Positions 32,601 to 63,276 of a DNA stretch of 64,000 bases are shown piece by piece. The notes beneath the pieces are model-generated. The model was not told the DNA's origin and did no database searches. It saw nothing but the letters and a program-made list of their open reading frames with translations. The position numbers were made by a program, and so were the translations under genes. The DNA comes from Mizuhopecten yessoensis (lineage: Eukaryota), in the NCBI RefSeq assembly GCF_002113885.1, contig NW_018408902.1:2329490-2393489 (forward strand), in the 5' to 3' direction. Numbering within the stretch: position 1 is the first letter of the stretch; every line of letters begins with the position of its first letter.

Positions 32601-34921
32601 ACTATATTTAGACAAGTTACAGAGGATCATGGGAATTCCTTATCTGTGGTGCACTTCTGGCGATATTCTGGTGACATTCTGGCGATATGAAATGTGTGCC
32701 AGAACATCACCAGACCGTCACCACTAGCGGCGATATTCTGTGCGCTTCTGGCAACATGTTCTGGCAAACTGATTTGTGTGCCACGATATCACCGCGATAT
32801 TGATGCAAACTTTCTTTTCTGTAAGGGCAGATATTAAACCAACTACAAACCTATACCGACTGAACAATCTGTGTCATGCCCAATTTTCACAAATTTATGT
32901 TTCAGAATTCTTAACTTAAGGATATACAAGGCAAAGATTTCTAAAGAAATTAGCACTAGTCTACTGAACTTAATTTCCTCAACTTGACATTTTTACTGTA
33001 ACTTCCCTATGCGAAAATTCAAGGATCGTTTGTGCAAAAAATGTGATTAGTTTAAATGTAAAAGATTTGAATGGAGATACTTGGCAAAGTATTGGGATGT
33101 TTTGAAAAATAGGGAAGATCTTAAAAATCCTTACAGTTAATTAAGTGCCTAGTGTAATAGCCACTAGGAATCAAAGGGGGTAAACAGACTGCTTTACTGG
33201 CAAGCTAGCTGAGCTCTTTTTAGGTTGGTCGGATGGCGCGGTAGCTATAGATAGCAAATTTGTCTTTCACCAAGGCAGCCGGGGTTCGATTCCCCGATCA
33301 GACGTGAAAAGGTATGCCCGACCATGTGGGTTTTTCTCCGGGCACTCCAGTTTCCTCCCACATGAAGAACCCACACGCTCTAAACATCCGTGCCAGCAAG
33401 AGTGTTTACTATGTTTTTTATTTTTTTACATAATTATACATGTACACTATATATATTTTTATACAGCTAGCTTTTTCAGCAATGCGGTACAACCCATAGA
33501 CACACTCACTAGCTCAGCAACGTTGTCTTAATGGGAAATTAGCAAGAGGTCATAAACTTAAGAATCTTGGATACAACATATAGTTTATAGTGGAAGCTGA
33601 TGCCTAATGTGTACACAGGCTGACAGAGTTGGGGAAATTGGTATAACAGAGATGGAGAGATTGGTATAACAGAGTTGGGAAAATTGGTATAACAGAGTTG
33701 GGGAAATTGGTATAACAGAGATGGGGAGATTGGTATAACAGAGTGGGGGAGATTGGTATAACAGAGTTGAGGAGATTGGTACAACAGAGTTTGGGAGATT
33801 GGTATAACAGAGTTGGAGAGATTGGTATAACAGAGTTGAGGAGATTGGTATAACAGAGTTGGGGAGATTGGTATAACAGAGTTGGGGAAATCGGTATAAA
33901 AGAATTGGTGAGATTGGTATAACTGTTTTGAAGAATGGGTGCTGAACAATTTGAGGACTGGGACCTTCTGACAAATTTTACTCAATGTTGGAGGATGACA
34001 TATTAGAGAATATAGAGTATGACCAATTTGAGGATGTCAGTTGAGATCTGAGAGAGGTACGGGATGGGGACTGAACATTTCAGGATGGAAGATGACAGGT
34101 GAAATATGGGGGCTGACAAATTAGAGTGTTAATATAACAGAGTTGATGCGGTGATGTCTTACGATGTCGAGGGCTATAAAGAAGGATCAAGTTGATGGGT
34201 AGGACCTGTGGAGTTAAAGGATGGACAGGGCTGACAGAACAGATGGGATTGTAAAAGGTCACAAAATTCAAGATACAATGTAGGGTCCAACGAAGTGGAG
34301 GGAGACTGCTAGCTGCGGAGAACAACCGACACAGTAACAGTGAGTCTTACAGAGCTGAAGCGTTTGGTCTAGCCCCGTTTAAGATATCACTAACCAAGTT
34401 ACAGTATACAGGGTTAAAACTTGGGGATGAGAAATGGGAGCTCATAAAGATAAGTAAGAACTTAAGAAGGGATGGCAAATTTATGTAGGGAATTGAAAGG
34501 TAGCAGAAAGAGGTAATCAGGTGGAAGCTTTGGTTTCAGTCAGATTGGAGCTGTGTGTCAAGGCTTCGGGGACGGCACTGGNGGGGGGGGGGGGGGGGGG
34601 GGGGGGGGGGCATGGTTGATGGGTGGCAGGGGACTTACAATGTTGATGAATAAGGTACATGTACCATTACAGGTTGGGTTTCACCAACTTATGATATAAT
34701 ATATAACTTGAAGGATGTCATGGGGAAAACTTCTGAGAATGGTTATATGCAGTTACTTACAAATCAGATCCATCTGTACAGTTCTTCTGTCTCAAATCCT
34801 TACAGAGGTATGCCGTCCCAAAGTTACCCTTCCCAAGTTTTTTAACAATTTCATATCGATTTGCTAAAACTCTGGGAGGTTGTTTCTTCTTCTTGGAGTT
34901 GTCAGACTTATACTGTGACAT
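14464..34921 (-). CDS. NEK11: NIMA-related kinase NEK11, complete, 14 coding exons, 667 aa
   Basis: Kinase motifs LGKGNFG, KVLKEI, HRDLKTRN, DFG, GTPYYMSPE, SDIWSIGC. C-terminal motifs PRERMRLRK, IPESPELADTYY and CFLVDQLLFLEEQ resemble NEK11 as I recall it. All phases consistent; CDS 2004 nt. Confidence 0.92.
14666..15010 (-). other. Probable U12-type (minor spliceosome) GT-AG intron
   Basis: 5' site GTATCCTT; branch TTTCTTAAC (14677-14685) ending 11 nt from the intron end; no long pyrimidine tract. Confidence 0.85.
15011..15095 (-). CDS. NEK11: NEK11 exon 13 (ESTMTLADD...IKNLRL)
   Basis: 85 nt, phase 1-2. Confidence 0.85.
15599..16660. mobile_element. Non-autonomous Helentron/HINE-like element with internal tandem repeats (~311-bp period)
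   Basis: aacaagaggccc start, agctcacctg subterminal motif repeated near the end, ggac microrepeat, terminal hairpin tggcccttcgggcca, A-rich flanks. Confidence 0.75.
16841..17018. mobile_element. Foldback MITE (second copy at 48591-48780)
   Basis: Long imperfect palindrome of the same family as 48591-48780. Confidence 0.75.
17415..17666 (-). CDS. NEK11: NEK11 exon 12 (GIPESPELADTYY...EQGDDA)
   Basis: 252 nt, phase 1-1. Confidence 0.85.
19450..19632 (-). CDS. NEK11: NEK11 exon 11 (VPRYLADD...SLDFRD)
   Basis: 183 nt, phase 1-1, canonical sites. Confidence 0.85.
20580..20715 (-). CDS. NEK11: NEK11 exon 10 (VPAWQGG...HFKTAP)
   Basis: 136 nt, phase 0-1. Confidence 0.8.
21144..21219 (-). CDS. 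NEK11: NEK11 exon 9 (EVAKVQL...LNKTT)
   Basis: 76 nt, phase 2-0. Confidence 0.85.
21304..21398 (+). repeat. Inverted ~2-unit copy of the 23215-24056 array
   Basis: tctcccctttattaccaaccaca... on the + strand is the reverse complement of the array unit. Confidence 0.9.
21589..21717 (-). CDS. NEK11: NEK11 exon 8 (REKSHL...PRERMRLRKMAQADEDALRLK)
   Basis: 129 nt, phase 2-2. Confidence 0.9.
22007..22080 (-). CDS. NEK11: NEK11 exon 7 (KMSKDYQ...EIARLL)
   Basis: 74 nt, phase 0-2. Confidence 0.85.
23215..24056 (-). repeat. 42-44-bp tandem array (~19 copies) of the NEK11 exon 6 end plus its donor; decayed copies also near 22950-23015
   Basis: Unit ...ttattaccaaccacatagct|gtNNgtacagattgtctcccc matches the exon end ...tatagccaaccatatagct|gtaagtacagattgtctcccc. 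Confidence 0.92.
24037..24115 (-). CDS. NEK11: NEK11 exon 6 (MLSKDPAKRPSGTDLLKEPLIANHIA)
   Basis: Kinase subdomain XI; 79 nt, phase 2-0. Confidence 0.9.
24458..24607 (-). CDS. NEK11: NEK11 exon 5 (WSIGCILYEMCTL...RIMVL)
   Basis: Subdomains IX-X; 150 nt, phase 2-2, using the most downstream acceptor of the array. Confidence 0.88.
24579..25370 (-). repeat. 45-bp tandem array (17 acceptor-bearing units) of the NEK11 exon 5 acceptor plus exon start
   Basis: Unit ataccactattttcag|gtctataggctgtatcctgtatcagatgt; exact 45-bp period from 24607 to 25327. Confidence 0.97.
25478..25639 (-). CDS. NEK11: NEK11 exon 4 (NIFLKKNMIKIGDFG...GTPYYMSPE...SDIW)
   Basis: 162 nt, phase 2-2. Confidence 0.95.
25748..25882 (-). 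mobile_element. 3' fragment of the SINE family at 53749-54225
   Basis: The reverse complement shares the acacacac...ccttaaatga tail. Confidence 0.5.
25880..26182 (-). repeat. Degenerate ~33-35-bp array of the NEK11 exon 3 end plus its donor
   Basis: Unit cacagagacctcaaaaccag|gtaaatatataggt; about 7-8 copies, decaying away from the exon. Confidence 0.85.
26164..26312 (-). CDS. NEK11: NEK11 exon 3 (GGDLDMKI...HRDLKTR)
   Basis: Catalytic loop; 149 nt, phase 0-2. Confidence 0.95.
26339..26565. repeat. 20-bp minisatellite x11 just upstream of the NEK11 exon 3 acceptor
   Basis: gccatgataggtcactgtta repeated from 26341 to 26560. Confidence 0.95.
26600..26689. mobile_element. ~85-bp TTAA-flanked MITE
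   Basis: ttaactcatttacccctgaa...ttcagggtgaatgagttaa; related copies at 12585, 47205 and 62323. Confidence 0.8.
26805..26970 (-). CDS. NEK11: NEK11 exon 2 (KVLKEISIGELQPDETV...ITEYCE)
   Basis: 166 nt, phase 2-0. Confidence 0.95.
28300..28960. repeat. 22-28-bp minisatellite (ctggtcaagtaattgggtaatatgtata) interrupted by a SINE
   Basis: Units lie on both sides of 28503-28745. Confidence 0.85.
28503..28745 (+). mobile_element. tRNA-derived SINE with a V-SINE-like central domain
   Basis: A/B-box-like head plus gggtttttctccgggtactctggtttcctcccac core; second copy near 33222. Confidence 0.8.
28970..29245. mobile_element. MITE with taggccaaaa...tgtttagggtt inverted ends
   Basis: Ends tgtttagggtt / aaccctaaaca and taggcc / gcctta. 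Confidence 0.6.
30823..31032. mobile_element. Short MITE with TACTGTAAA inverted ends
   Basis: tactgtaaa...tttacagta; the TA flanks fit a Tc1/mariner derivative. Confidence 0.5.
31067..31866. mobile_element. Helentron/HINE-like element spanning the assembly gap
   Basis: aacaag start, ataatacacccgtc subterminal motif, cgcc microrepeat and terminal hairpin cccgtcttcgacggg. Confidence 0.6.
31257..31805. other. Assembly gap (N run)
   Basis: 549 N. Confidence 1.
33222..33410 (+). mobile_element. tRNA-derived V-SINE-like copy
   Basis: ggttcgattccc B box and ttttctccgggcactccagtttcctcccac core; aligns with the 28503 copy. Confidence 0.78.
33623..33925. repeat. 23-bp minisatellite (~13 copies)
   Basis: Unit gattggtataacagagttgggga. 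Confidence 0.93.
34761..34921 (-). CDS. NEK11: NEK11 first coding exon (MSQYKSDNS...LANRYEIVKKLGKGNFGTAYLC...DL)
   Basis: ATG at 34921, Gly-rich loop, gtaagt donor, phase 2. Confidence 0.92.
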
Positions 34922-34938
34922 TGTCTCGATATTTATGT

Positions 34939-35525
34939 GTGTTTACATGAACCACGTAAACACGCCGAGTTGTGTGAAATATTCACCTGTGTTGTTGTAC
35001 AAATGTCAACATTGAATCACCCTCATGACATCGACTTGGCATGGGTCATTTTGACACAATAACAAAGCCGACCCAAAGTTCATTCAGTAATTGGCACAAT
35101 TATACGATCAAGTTTTCACATTTTAACCATTGAAAACAAACATATGTGTAAATATTGTTTTCATAACGTAGATGCATCGATCTCCTCATGAATTGCGTCA
35201 ACAGCGATGACGTGAAGCAGTTGTTCTTTCAGACCATGGGACAGTGCCAATAGCTCCCATTGTCCGCCATATTGGCGTCTATCGTTACCAGGTCCGAACA
35301 CACGGGGCAAAATTGAAGACTTTGTCAGTGTGTATTTTGCATTCATGGATGCATAATGTCTTTATCATTCATGATCCGGATCTTTGCAGCATGGCACGGG
35401 GTATATGTCATGTCTAAACTCCTATTTCTCCTACCGTAATACCTGCAAGCACCTGTCTTGGGGAATGGTGCATTGTGGGTAAAACTCACCTGCGCATTGC
35501 AAGTTCCGACATAAGTCCGGTTCGT
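34939..35525 (-). promoter_or_regulatory. Putative NEK11 promoter / 5' UTR region
   Basis: CpG-enriched. Inverted forkhead-like pair 34939-34963, YY1-like CCGCCATATT 35264-35273, ZNF143-like TACCCACAATGCA within 35466-35481, CAG|gtgagt donor at 35490/35489. Confidence 0.5.
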
Positions 35526-36944
35526 TAATGAACCGTGACTAAGAAAATGTATAATTGTATTTCATAATTCTTTAATCAGATCAGCATACATAAAATAATT
35601 AAAGTAGATATCGAGCTGAAATGCATAAGTCTTGTGTTTATGACGAAAATATATTTATCAAGACATTTTGTAAGTGGTGCTTTTCAATTCTATTCAAAAT
35701 AAATATGATATAGATAATGTTATTTTTAAGTGTGGTAAAAAGCAAATTGAGTTTCATCGTATTAAATACAGCAAGCGACTTGAGAGTAAGTTTAACAGTG
35801 TAATATAAAATGCACAAATATAAAATATTGCCTGATATTCAATATGAAATATCTTAATACGCGTAGATTTTTTTTTCATCGATCATGTAAACCCCTTAAA
35901 ACATGTAAAATTACTCTGAACACGTACCTTAGTTTAGGTCTAAATAAAGCTGTAAAAATTCTCAGGTCCCTGTGATCAGCATGTACAGTTTCATAACCTT
36001 AGCTGAAGTAATTAGTTCAAAAATGACCTATATACGAAAAATAATTTAGGCATTACTAAGAACACAGAGGCCAAGTTCAGAGGTAGCCGCCTTGAATCAA
36101 TCCACAAAACTAGTACTAAGTACTGCGATCGTAAATTACTGACCAAGTCAAAAACCTTACACACGTGCGTACAGACAAAAGTAGCACACTACTTCGTAGC
36201 GTGGCATAAAAATCATGTATCAAGGAAGTTGCAAAGAACGGTTAAAGATCCAGTCGAGTTAATGTATCAAGAAATCTACTTGGACCGGTTGGTTCAATTT
36301 TAAATCTATGCTCTTTGGAATGGTTTAAAAGTCGTGTTGGTGTGAAGCAAGTTAAACATTAGTTTAAGTTGGGTTTTTTTAAGTAAATTACAAGGAATGT
36401 TAAACACAACTCTAGTTTGTTTATCAAATAAGTTACCAGCAATGGTTTTACTTTAGTCTCTCATTCGAGTTGGTGTTTTCAAGACCGGCGAAGTTTAAAT
36501 CACAAAACGTAGGTCGAGTTGCTGTATCATATATACATATAATATATTTCTAGGACTGGTATATAGATAAAGTAATAGCATGTATTTGTAGGAGAAATTC
36601 AGGTGCATAAAATGTCGAAAAGTGTTCAAAAGATTGAATTAATTATACATGTATATGTATGTTTGTGTCTAACCCCGAGTTACTGTTACTGCCCAAGCGA
36701 TATTCAATAGAGCTCTACTCTTACCATTACCTATAATCAGAATCCAGTTGTAAAGGTAAGGTCACGATTCCGATCAAAAAAGACGACACATATTCCCTGA
36801 AAAGGAATTTAACGGAATCCACATTCATTAAGCTTGCGATCGTTTCAATTTAACCGTTTAAGGCTAAATACGAAGGACAACAATTTGTCAAATTAAAGCA
36901 TTACTTGTGTAACGGAACTGGATTGATCGATCACCTGTTAAAGC

Positions 36945-37352
36945 CACGTGCACACGGTCTGGAGTTTGGAGGTCCCGGGATCGAATCCTGATCTGGCCGT
37001 ACATTTTCCCTCTCCTGTTACAGTATAGTCTGTGACCAATCACTGTTTCAATTACTGAATGTAGGCTTGACAAGGGGGTTAGGCGACCAGGTTAATTTAT
37101 ACAGCGTCCGTCTAGAGTTAGGTGGTCCCGGTTTTTCATATAATGTTCGTTGTGCCTGTGTCGAACAGTTGCCAGGGGTTACACAAACCTGGTTTGTATG
37201 TAGTGTTTGAGGCGAAGACTTATAAAAGGTGGAAGGGGTGTAACAGAAGTATACTGCGTCTCCGGCGACCAGACAGAGCTTCCGACAAAAGAGTTCCGAG
37301 GTCCCACGCTCGAATTCCTGTTAGGCCGTGCATTTTCCCTCTGTTGTTTCAC
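36945..37352 (+). mobile_element. Two related tRNA-like segments (SINE heads or LTR remnants)
   Basis: gaggtccc...tcgaa(t)tcctg...ggccgt.cattttccctct near 36968-37022 and 37298-37351; no complete cloverleaf. Confidence 0.4.
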
Positions 37353-40300
37353 TAGTAAAAGAAACTAGCTTGAGCTACCTTGCAAATACATGCAGATAGA
37401 CCAAGGTTACCATTGTCCTTATCAATGGTCAGCACATGTATGTGTATGCATCGCACCTCCATGCCGAAGAAAGGACAACCGAACAGCAAACCATTGGCAC
37501 TTAGCACGGTGTACAAGGCACAGCACCAATGTCAAGGCGTCAGATACACGGAAGCAATGCGATGGTGGCAACCATCCAGCACTATCTAGCAATAGCGGTT
37601 CTAGACTAAAACATTAGTGTTACGTCAGCTACTTAGCAGGGGTTCAGATTGAATGTACAACTTATTTCGGTTACAACACTGACACCAGTCTTTCGTTTTC
37701 AATTTCACTGGTGGCATTCATAAGAACTCCAGAGCCTCTTTCCTACTGGAATGATGGCCACCATCGTGCTTATTTTCCAATAGCAGGAAATGAACGAGAA
37801 CATTTATGAGTACAACGAACAGATTATTTGGACCAATGAGTTTCATCGTAAGTAAACTTTTTAGTATATATTTAGAAAGACTAAAACCTCAAAAGACGGT
37901 AATAATGGACATCAATTACTGAATGTATGATAATACACTGCAAAGGCGAATGCCACTCTTTGTCTGTATGCTGCACTTCAGCCTTGTGAACATTCTAGAA
38001 ACTACCACTTTCTAAGTTATAGGATCCATGACATCCTCCCTCCCTAAGTTCCTAGTTACAATTAGGTTAACTAAAGCCAGAAATATTGCCAGAATGGCAG
38101 ATTAATTCGTCCGTATACAACGAAATTTTCTGAATAGTTCTGTCTATAGTTTTTAAAGGAAGGGGCACAACTCCATTAATAGGGGAGGTAACTCCAATCA
38201 ACCACAACCCATTGCTGCAAGGTTCTGCATGTAAACAATCATTAAATTCTGTGTTGTACTTTGGGCTGAGAAGTGCTAACAAACCTTTTACACAAGTATC
38301 TTTCAAATCAGTGAAGTACTTCCGTAGGAACAATGTAAACAACGGGACATACATTCATAAATTGGAAAGTAGCTCCAAAATTTATGTAATTATTCACATC
38401 CCCTCCATCTATTGTTATGTGAACAAACTTTTATTCTAATCTGTGCAGTACTTCGGAAGGAGTAATGCAAATAATGTTTTTAAACAATAGGGTGTAACTC
38501 CATAAATTGTGGAAATAATGATTTATATACTTATTTAGTACCAAGTATCAATCAGATCATTACAGTACTTTGTTTATGAGAAATGACACTTCATTGTAGC
38601 GATACTTTGGTATGAGAAATGAGATGTCACTCAAAACTTTAGTGCTGTAGATAAATTTTATCAATGAAGAGTGACTTTTCACATGACACTAGTGGTAGTC
38701 ATGTCTTGTAAATAAGAAGACACTTCAGGTGAAGCTTTAGCGAGATATTATCCATTAGAAATGATACTTTACACAACACTGCAGTTGTGTAGAAATATCT
38801 TAGGAGAAATATCAATTCACATGACATTGCAGTTGATAAATTAACACATGGTGTTAATATCCCTCGTAATGAAAAATAACACTATTTTATATATCAGCTT
38901 TCATCACAAATTTATTGTTCTCATAATGTATGTATATAAACACTGAATCATATTTGTTGAAAGTTTATCATTAATCAATGTAAGATGCAGAGGGAGAGAG
39001 GGAGAATGGTACTACATTGAAACCTGTTTAAAACAACCTCTCTATAAACTGAGCAGGGTTAACATAAAACCTGTCTTCAATGACATCTGTATAACCTGAC
39101 CAGTGTCCTTAATTTGTATTTAACAAAAATAACCAACTACAATGACCCGTGTACAAACTGATACCTGGCTTTGAATTTGACAGATAAAACCTGCCTACAA
39201 TGACCCTTATATAAACTGACCAGTATACATTTTTTTTCTATTTGACAGATAATGTCTCCACGACGGGGTCTTCGTATATAACAGATAAATTCAAGCATGA
39301 ATTGAATAAGAAAGGTTGATTGGAAACAGACTTCAGTGCAGTCCTCCTCACTGTACGATTACAGCAATATAAAATAAATACAGGGTCAACAAAAACCATC
39401 AAATCAATGTGATAAACTCTTGTGTATACAGAGAAAGGCCATGACTTCACTTTCGGTAACAAAATTGTCTAGCCTATTCCTTTCACGTAAGAATCAAATA
39501 AATCTACAGGTATTTGAATATGACATCTGTAGCAAAGTGATGATACAAGTTTTCTAAAAATTAAAGCAAGATAATAATCAGTCTGGTTATAATGCTTTAA
39601 AATATTTCCAATCATATATTATGATAATCACATTAGCAACCTGTTTTTATACTTCCAATCTCACCAGTTGCATATCTGTAACTGAAAGCTGTCTTTCTGA
39701 TGATGATGATGATCCCATATACACATAAGAGACTGTTTTTCAACTTTATCGTGTGAAGGAATCACATGCTCTCTCAATTAATAAACAAGGATGAAGTCTT
39801 AAATATTTCTACCAAACAAAAAATTATGATTTCCACCGGAAAATAACAGTGGACCCAATCTTAATGCATGTGTGGCTAGATCCCCAACTCATCGAATGGA
39901 CCATACTGACAGGAAATCAAGTTTCCTGCAAAACGTTGTATACAAATCATGACATTGAAGCTCTATATGGTTTACACAATTGAAGAAAATAGAAAAAATC
40001 TGCCAGATTCCTTGATGAAAATGAGAAAGCAAAGCTACTGAGGAGTAGACTTGTAGACAGTCACACGATGGATTAGTAGTGTTAGTTACAGTATTATGTT
40101 AAATATTGCAAGGATATGTACAGTTCCAGATGTCCACTCTTCCAAGATCTCTGGCAAAGACGTCATGGACAGAATAGACCATATCTAGTATGTACAAATT
40201 TGTTACCATCACAGTGATCAATAAATCTCGACACCCACACACTTTCACTGAATATTCATCACATTTCCTTTGAATATTTATGACATTCATGCTAAACATA

Positions 40301-43300
40301 TACACTGAATATTCATGTCAAAAACCCTAGGTGAATATTCATGACACACATATATAAAAAGGCTGTTCAGTTATGATTCTCACGCACAGGTCATTAACAA
40401 TTAAAACAAAGGGGACATCATCTATCAAAACCTCTAGTCCAGAATTCACTTTTATAAACTACCACTCTGCAAATGAATGTTCCTTAATGAGGAACATAAA
40501 ATCAGGGATTTTACCGATCCTACTGATACATAGTGTTATTCAACTGGATGATCAGCAGTTGTGTCCAACCAAATGTGAGAGAAATATGTATTTTCCTTTT
40601 GAAGCTCTTCAAAAGAAATACAAAGTAATTGGCAACAGCCTGGTGGTCTGGCTCAAGTTTCAGCTGTACCTATTTTAGAACCTGTAGCTGCTGCTATCAC
40701 TACTACCTAACTGTTTATATAACATACTACAAACCTACCCAATGAATAATTCAACACTGATCAGTTAACTCCCAATTTTCAACAATTATTCTCATTTAAT
40801 GTGTCAGTAATATATAAGCTGGCCCAGATACTATATAGCCTAGGGCATTAATGTATTTAAATTGTATTACCCACACATGTATCTGTTCTGCATGTTTGTT
40901 GTTATCTGTTCTGCATGTTTGTTGTTACTTGTACACAATGTTTCAGCGTAGATTGCTGTCATCTCTCTATGAAGTATTCATACTGCCTACAAATAGGAAG
41001 TGAACAAATAATTGTTTGCCTGCACTTTCTGATATCACTAAAATACCTTATATACAGATATATTTAGTGACAGTGTGTCACCGTGTGGTTTTTCTGGGAT
41101 GGAGGGGTGTGGTGATAGAAGATGTCCTCTCTAGCTACAACCTAACTGTTTAACAGTGCGTACAACATACACTCTTCCATACCAAAGGAAAATAACTTAG
41201 CATATTAAAAAACAAAATCAACACATTCATGCAGACTCGCATCTTCCCAAGCAGTCATTAATTTCAAACTTTCAAAGTTTTGCGTTGTGATAATCAATTA
41301 CATCTTCTTTCATTCAAAAATATCTGTCGCAGATGAGTGATTCAACATATAAAATTATCCTACATCTACAATTAGGCATTTACAAATATCATCCAAGGGA
41401 GAAAAAAATCAAATAATTCTTAGTTAAATAACAGTGGAACTTACCTTTATAAAAATAACTCAAGCTCCAAAACAATTTTTACTGAAAATTATCACTGTAC
41501 TAATGTTTATAATAAGGCATTAATTCTTATTCCAAACAATTTGGCAACATTGCATGAGTCTAGGCTAAATAACTATCAGTGAGACATCAGAATGACATTT
41601 TCTGTGTAATTAAAATTGAAGAATATTGTATAAAAGTAACACATTTATTGGCCCTACTAGATTCTCCTTGTATCCTGGTCGACACATTTCAGTTCTTAAC
41701 TACATGTCTCTGAAGCCTTACTTGACATTTCTTGAATCATAAAACGACACATTTCAGTTCTTACTAGTTATGTCTATTAGGTCATACTGTCAAGTCAAAC
41801 TAGGGCTGCTTGTGCGTATCCAGTTCAACTGTTTCAATTGGCTGCACCTGAATGAAAACAAGAAGAACAGATCTGGACTGAGGCTGACCTCTGTCAAGGG
41901 GTCCAGACGCTCCTCGCCGAAACTATAAGGTTGACTATTGCTGGTTTGCAGTATTTTTACATAAATAATGTCAATTCACACATATATTTCCAGGATATGA
42001 TGTAAAATTGAACATGAAGGTGAAAGGACCTCACATAATTCCTGATTTATTGTTCCTTATTTGTCATAAAAACTCTGCCTATAAGGTCGGCTCAGTTCTG
42101 GCCAAAGAGCCATCTGAATCATTTCAACTGGGATACTTGTTTGTTTGTTTGAGTGGTTTTAAGTCCGCTTCACTTCCAAGTAGTTCAGTTATCCAGCAGA
42201 CGTTAACTGGGATACACAAAAGCAACCTAGCTATGTCTCGGTGGCCCTACTAGACACGTCTAGCATCATATTATGTCTCTCAGGCTGTATTACACACACA
42301 TGGGGGTGATATCAGACGCATCCCCAATGAAACTAGACACATTTCTCAGGCAATACTAATGTTTCTTGACTTATACTAGACATGTCTATAATGTCAATGG
42401 AGTTCTAAAGTTCTTAAATGATCAGATATGAATTAAAACTGTGGAGAAATACCCCCTGAATCCATTATCAGGATATACAGAACATGCTCATGATATTGAA
42501 ATAAAATCTCAAAAAGTTGATAATAAAACAAACAAGGCGACTCACTCAGACAAAATAACAGAATCAACAATATATATATATATATTTGCAACATATTTTG
42601 TCCTGTGTACAAATCACAGTTGTTATAATATACAAAACAGAAACGGGAATTAAATTGCAGGTTATTTGCTAAAACTGAAAGGGAGGTAACTACAAAACTT
42701 ACAGTTCTGCCTCACATATGGGAGGTAATGGTGAACATTACAAGATGGAATTTCATTTAATCAAGATGTTTCCAATAAATGTAATTCCTTGAATAGAGAC
42801 ACTGATAAAATATGTATTAACTTCCGGTCTAGGATTCAACAAATACAATTATAGATATACAGGTGTGAAATTGTGTTTTCTATTTTAAAGTATATTTATC
42901 CTTCTTCTATAAGAAATAGGAAGCAGAAGCATAACTGATTTTAGACTTTCTATGTATTTGAGATCTACAGATAAAAGCAAAATTATCTTGACCTTAATTA
43001 TGGACTTGTACATACAGTATAAATTATAAATTGATGAGTCATATATTTGATTTTTTTCCTGGAATAATTTTGCAGGTTTAAATTAAACCTTTGAAATGCA
43101 AATAGTACACAGTTATAAAAGATTTCATTTGTCTTAATAGACTAAGATATAAAGGCAAAACAGAACTGTACATTTGAGAAAATGGGTAGGGAAAAACAAA
43201 AAATCAACATGACACTTACGCCACAGGGATTTGCCAGATTTGCCTGTGTGTATGTGCCTGGACATGAAAGCCCACTGTACTCTATAAAACCTTCTGTATA

Positions 43301-44439
43301 ACGGTAATATACCGCATGCTATACTAACACAGAATCAACGATACACAAAACTGTCCTCACCTTAACACATCATTAATTCTTATTGTCCAACATCTCAATA
43401 CAAAAATAGTATTCAATCATTATTTCACAGTTGTTCTCATTTCACTCATCATCAACTTCATTATCCCAGACTGAATCAGAAATCCTTGTGTTTTTCTGGT
43501 CATGCAAATGTTCCTTTAATTTTTGATACCACAATTGTAGGTGCTTGTACAAGTATCTTAATGTTAGAGAGGTGATCAAAATTCTTTTCCCACAGTGCAA
43601 TATTTTTTGACTCATGTGAATGGTTAAAAGATTTATTTTTATAAAGTAAATGTTTTTGCATAATATCAATTTCTGTAAAAGTGTAAATGATATTTTAAAT
43701 TATTTTGCTTTTCACAATAATAGAATTTTTTGAAAAAGTTCCACTGTAACATCATGATCACCATGTGGCCTTATCACTATTTCCTTCCTCAAACATCTGT
43801 TACCATAGCAAGGTAGGTTTATTACAAACCAGCACTCCTCACTTAACAAGTGACACATTTTCTCCATCACAATTCCTGCAACATCATTGAATTTGCTTCT
43901 AAAGGTAACTTTAACTCCATAAATGGTAGTATTTTGAGATGTACCATTCTGATGTAACATTTCTTCCCTCAGTGAAAGCCTGGGATATTCCTCTGTTCGT
44001 AAGTGATCCACTGTTGTCACCTTGATCCATGTTGAAAGGTTCCCATTTAAATTCTCCAAAAAATAATTCAAAATTCAAATTCCAGATTCTGTAGAAGAAT
44101 GATATAAGAGAAAGAGGCTGTTTTTGAGCAAATATAGATGATGTGTGTCCTGCATAGAATATTCCCTACTGCTGATCAGAGTGACCCAATAACACCTTCA
44201 CCCTCACACATGGATTTCAGTACCTGCCCTTCACAGATAATTCTACAGACACTCAGTACAAGAGAGGTGCTTCACAAAGGATTCAGTACAGTTTTGGTAT
44301 ACTTAGTGTTGGTATATAGGAACGATTCATTTACTTCATTCTCACTCAGAAATAAAAAGAGTTTTTTGTTACAATTTTTATGTACAAATATGTCCATTAC
44401 AGGTTCCTTTATCACCAGTTGTTATTTGTCAACCAAACA

Positions 44440-63276
<18,837 letters not shown>

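Noticed and set aside
33539-33985. Repetitive ORFs (VIPISPTLLYQ...)
   Set aside because: A 23-bp minisatellite cycling through reading frames.
34580-34610. Poly-G tract as a G-quadruplex element
   Set aside because: Homopolymer containing an N; its length is unreliable and nothing else supports function.
36945-37352. tRNA genes here, and also near 10830, 28503 and 33222
   Set aside because: Only A/B-box-like remnants, without a closing acceptor stem or valid anticodon arm.
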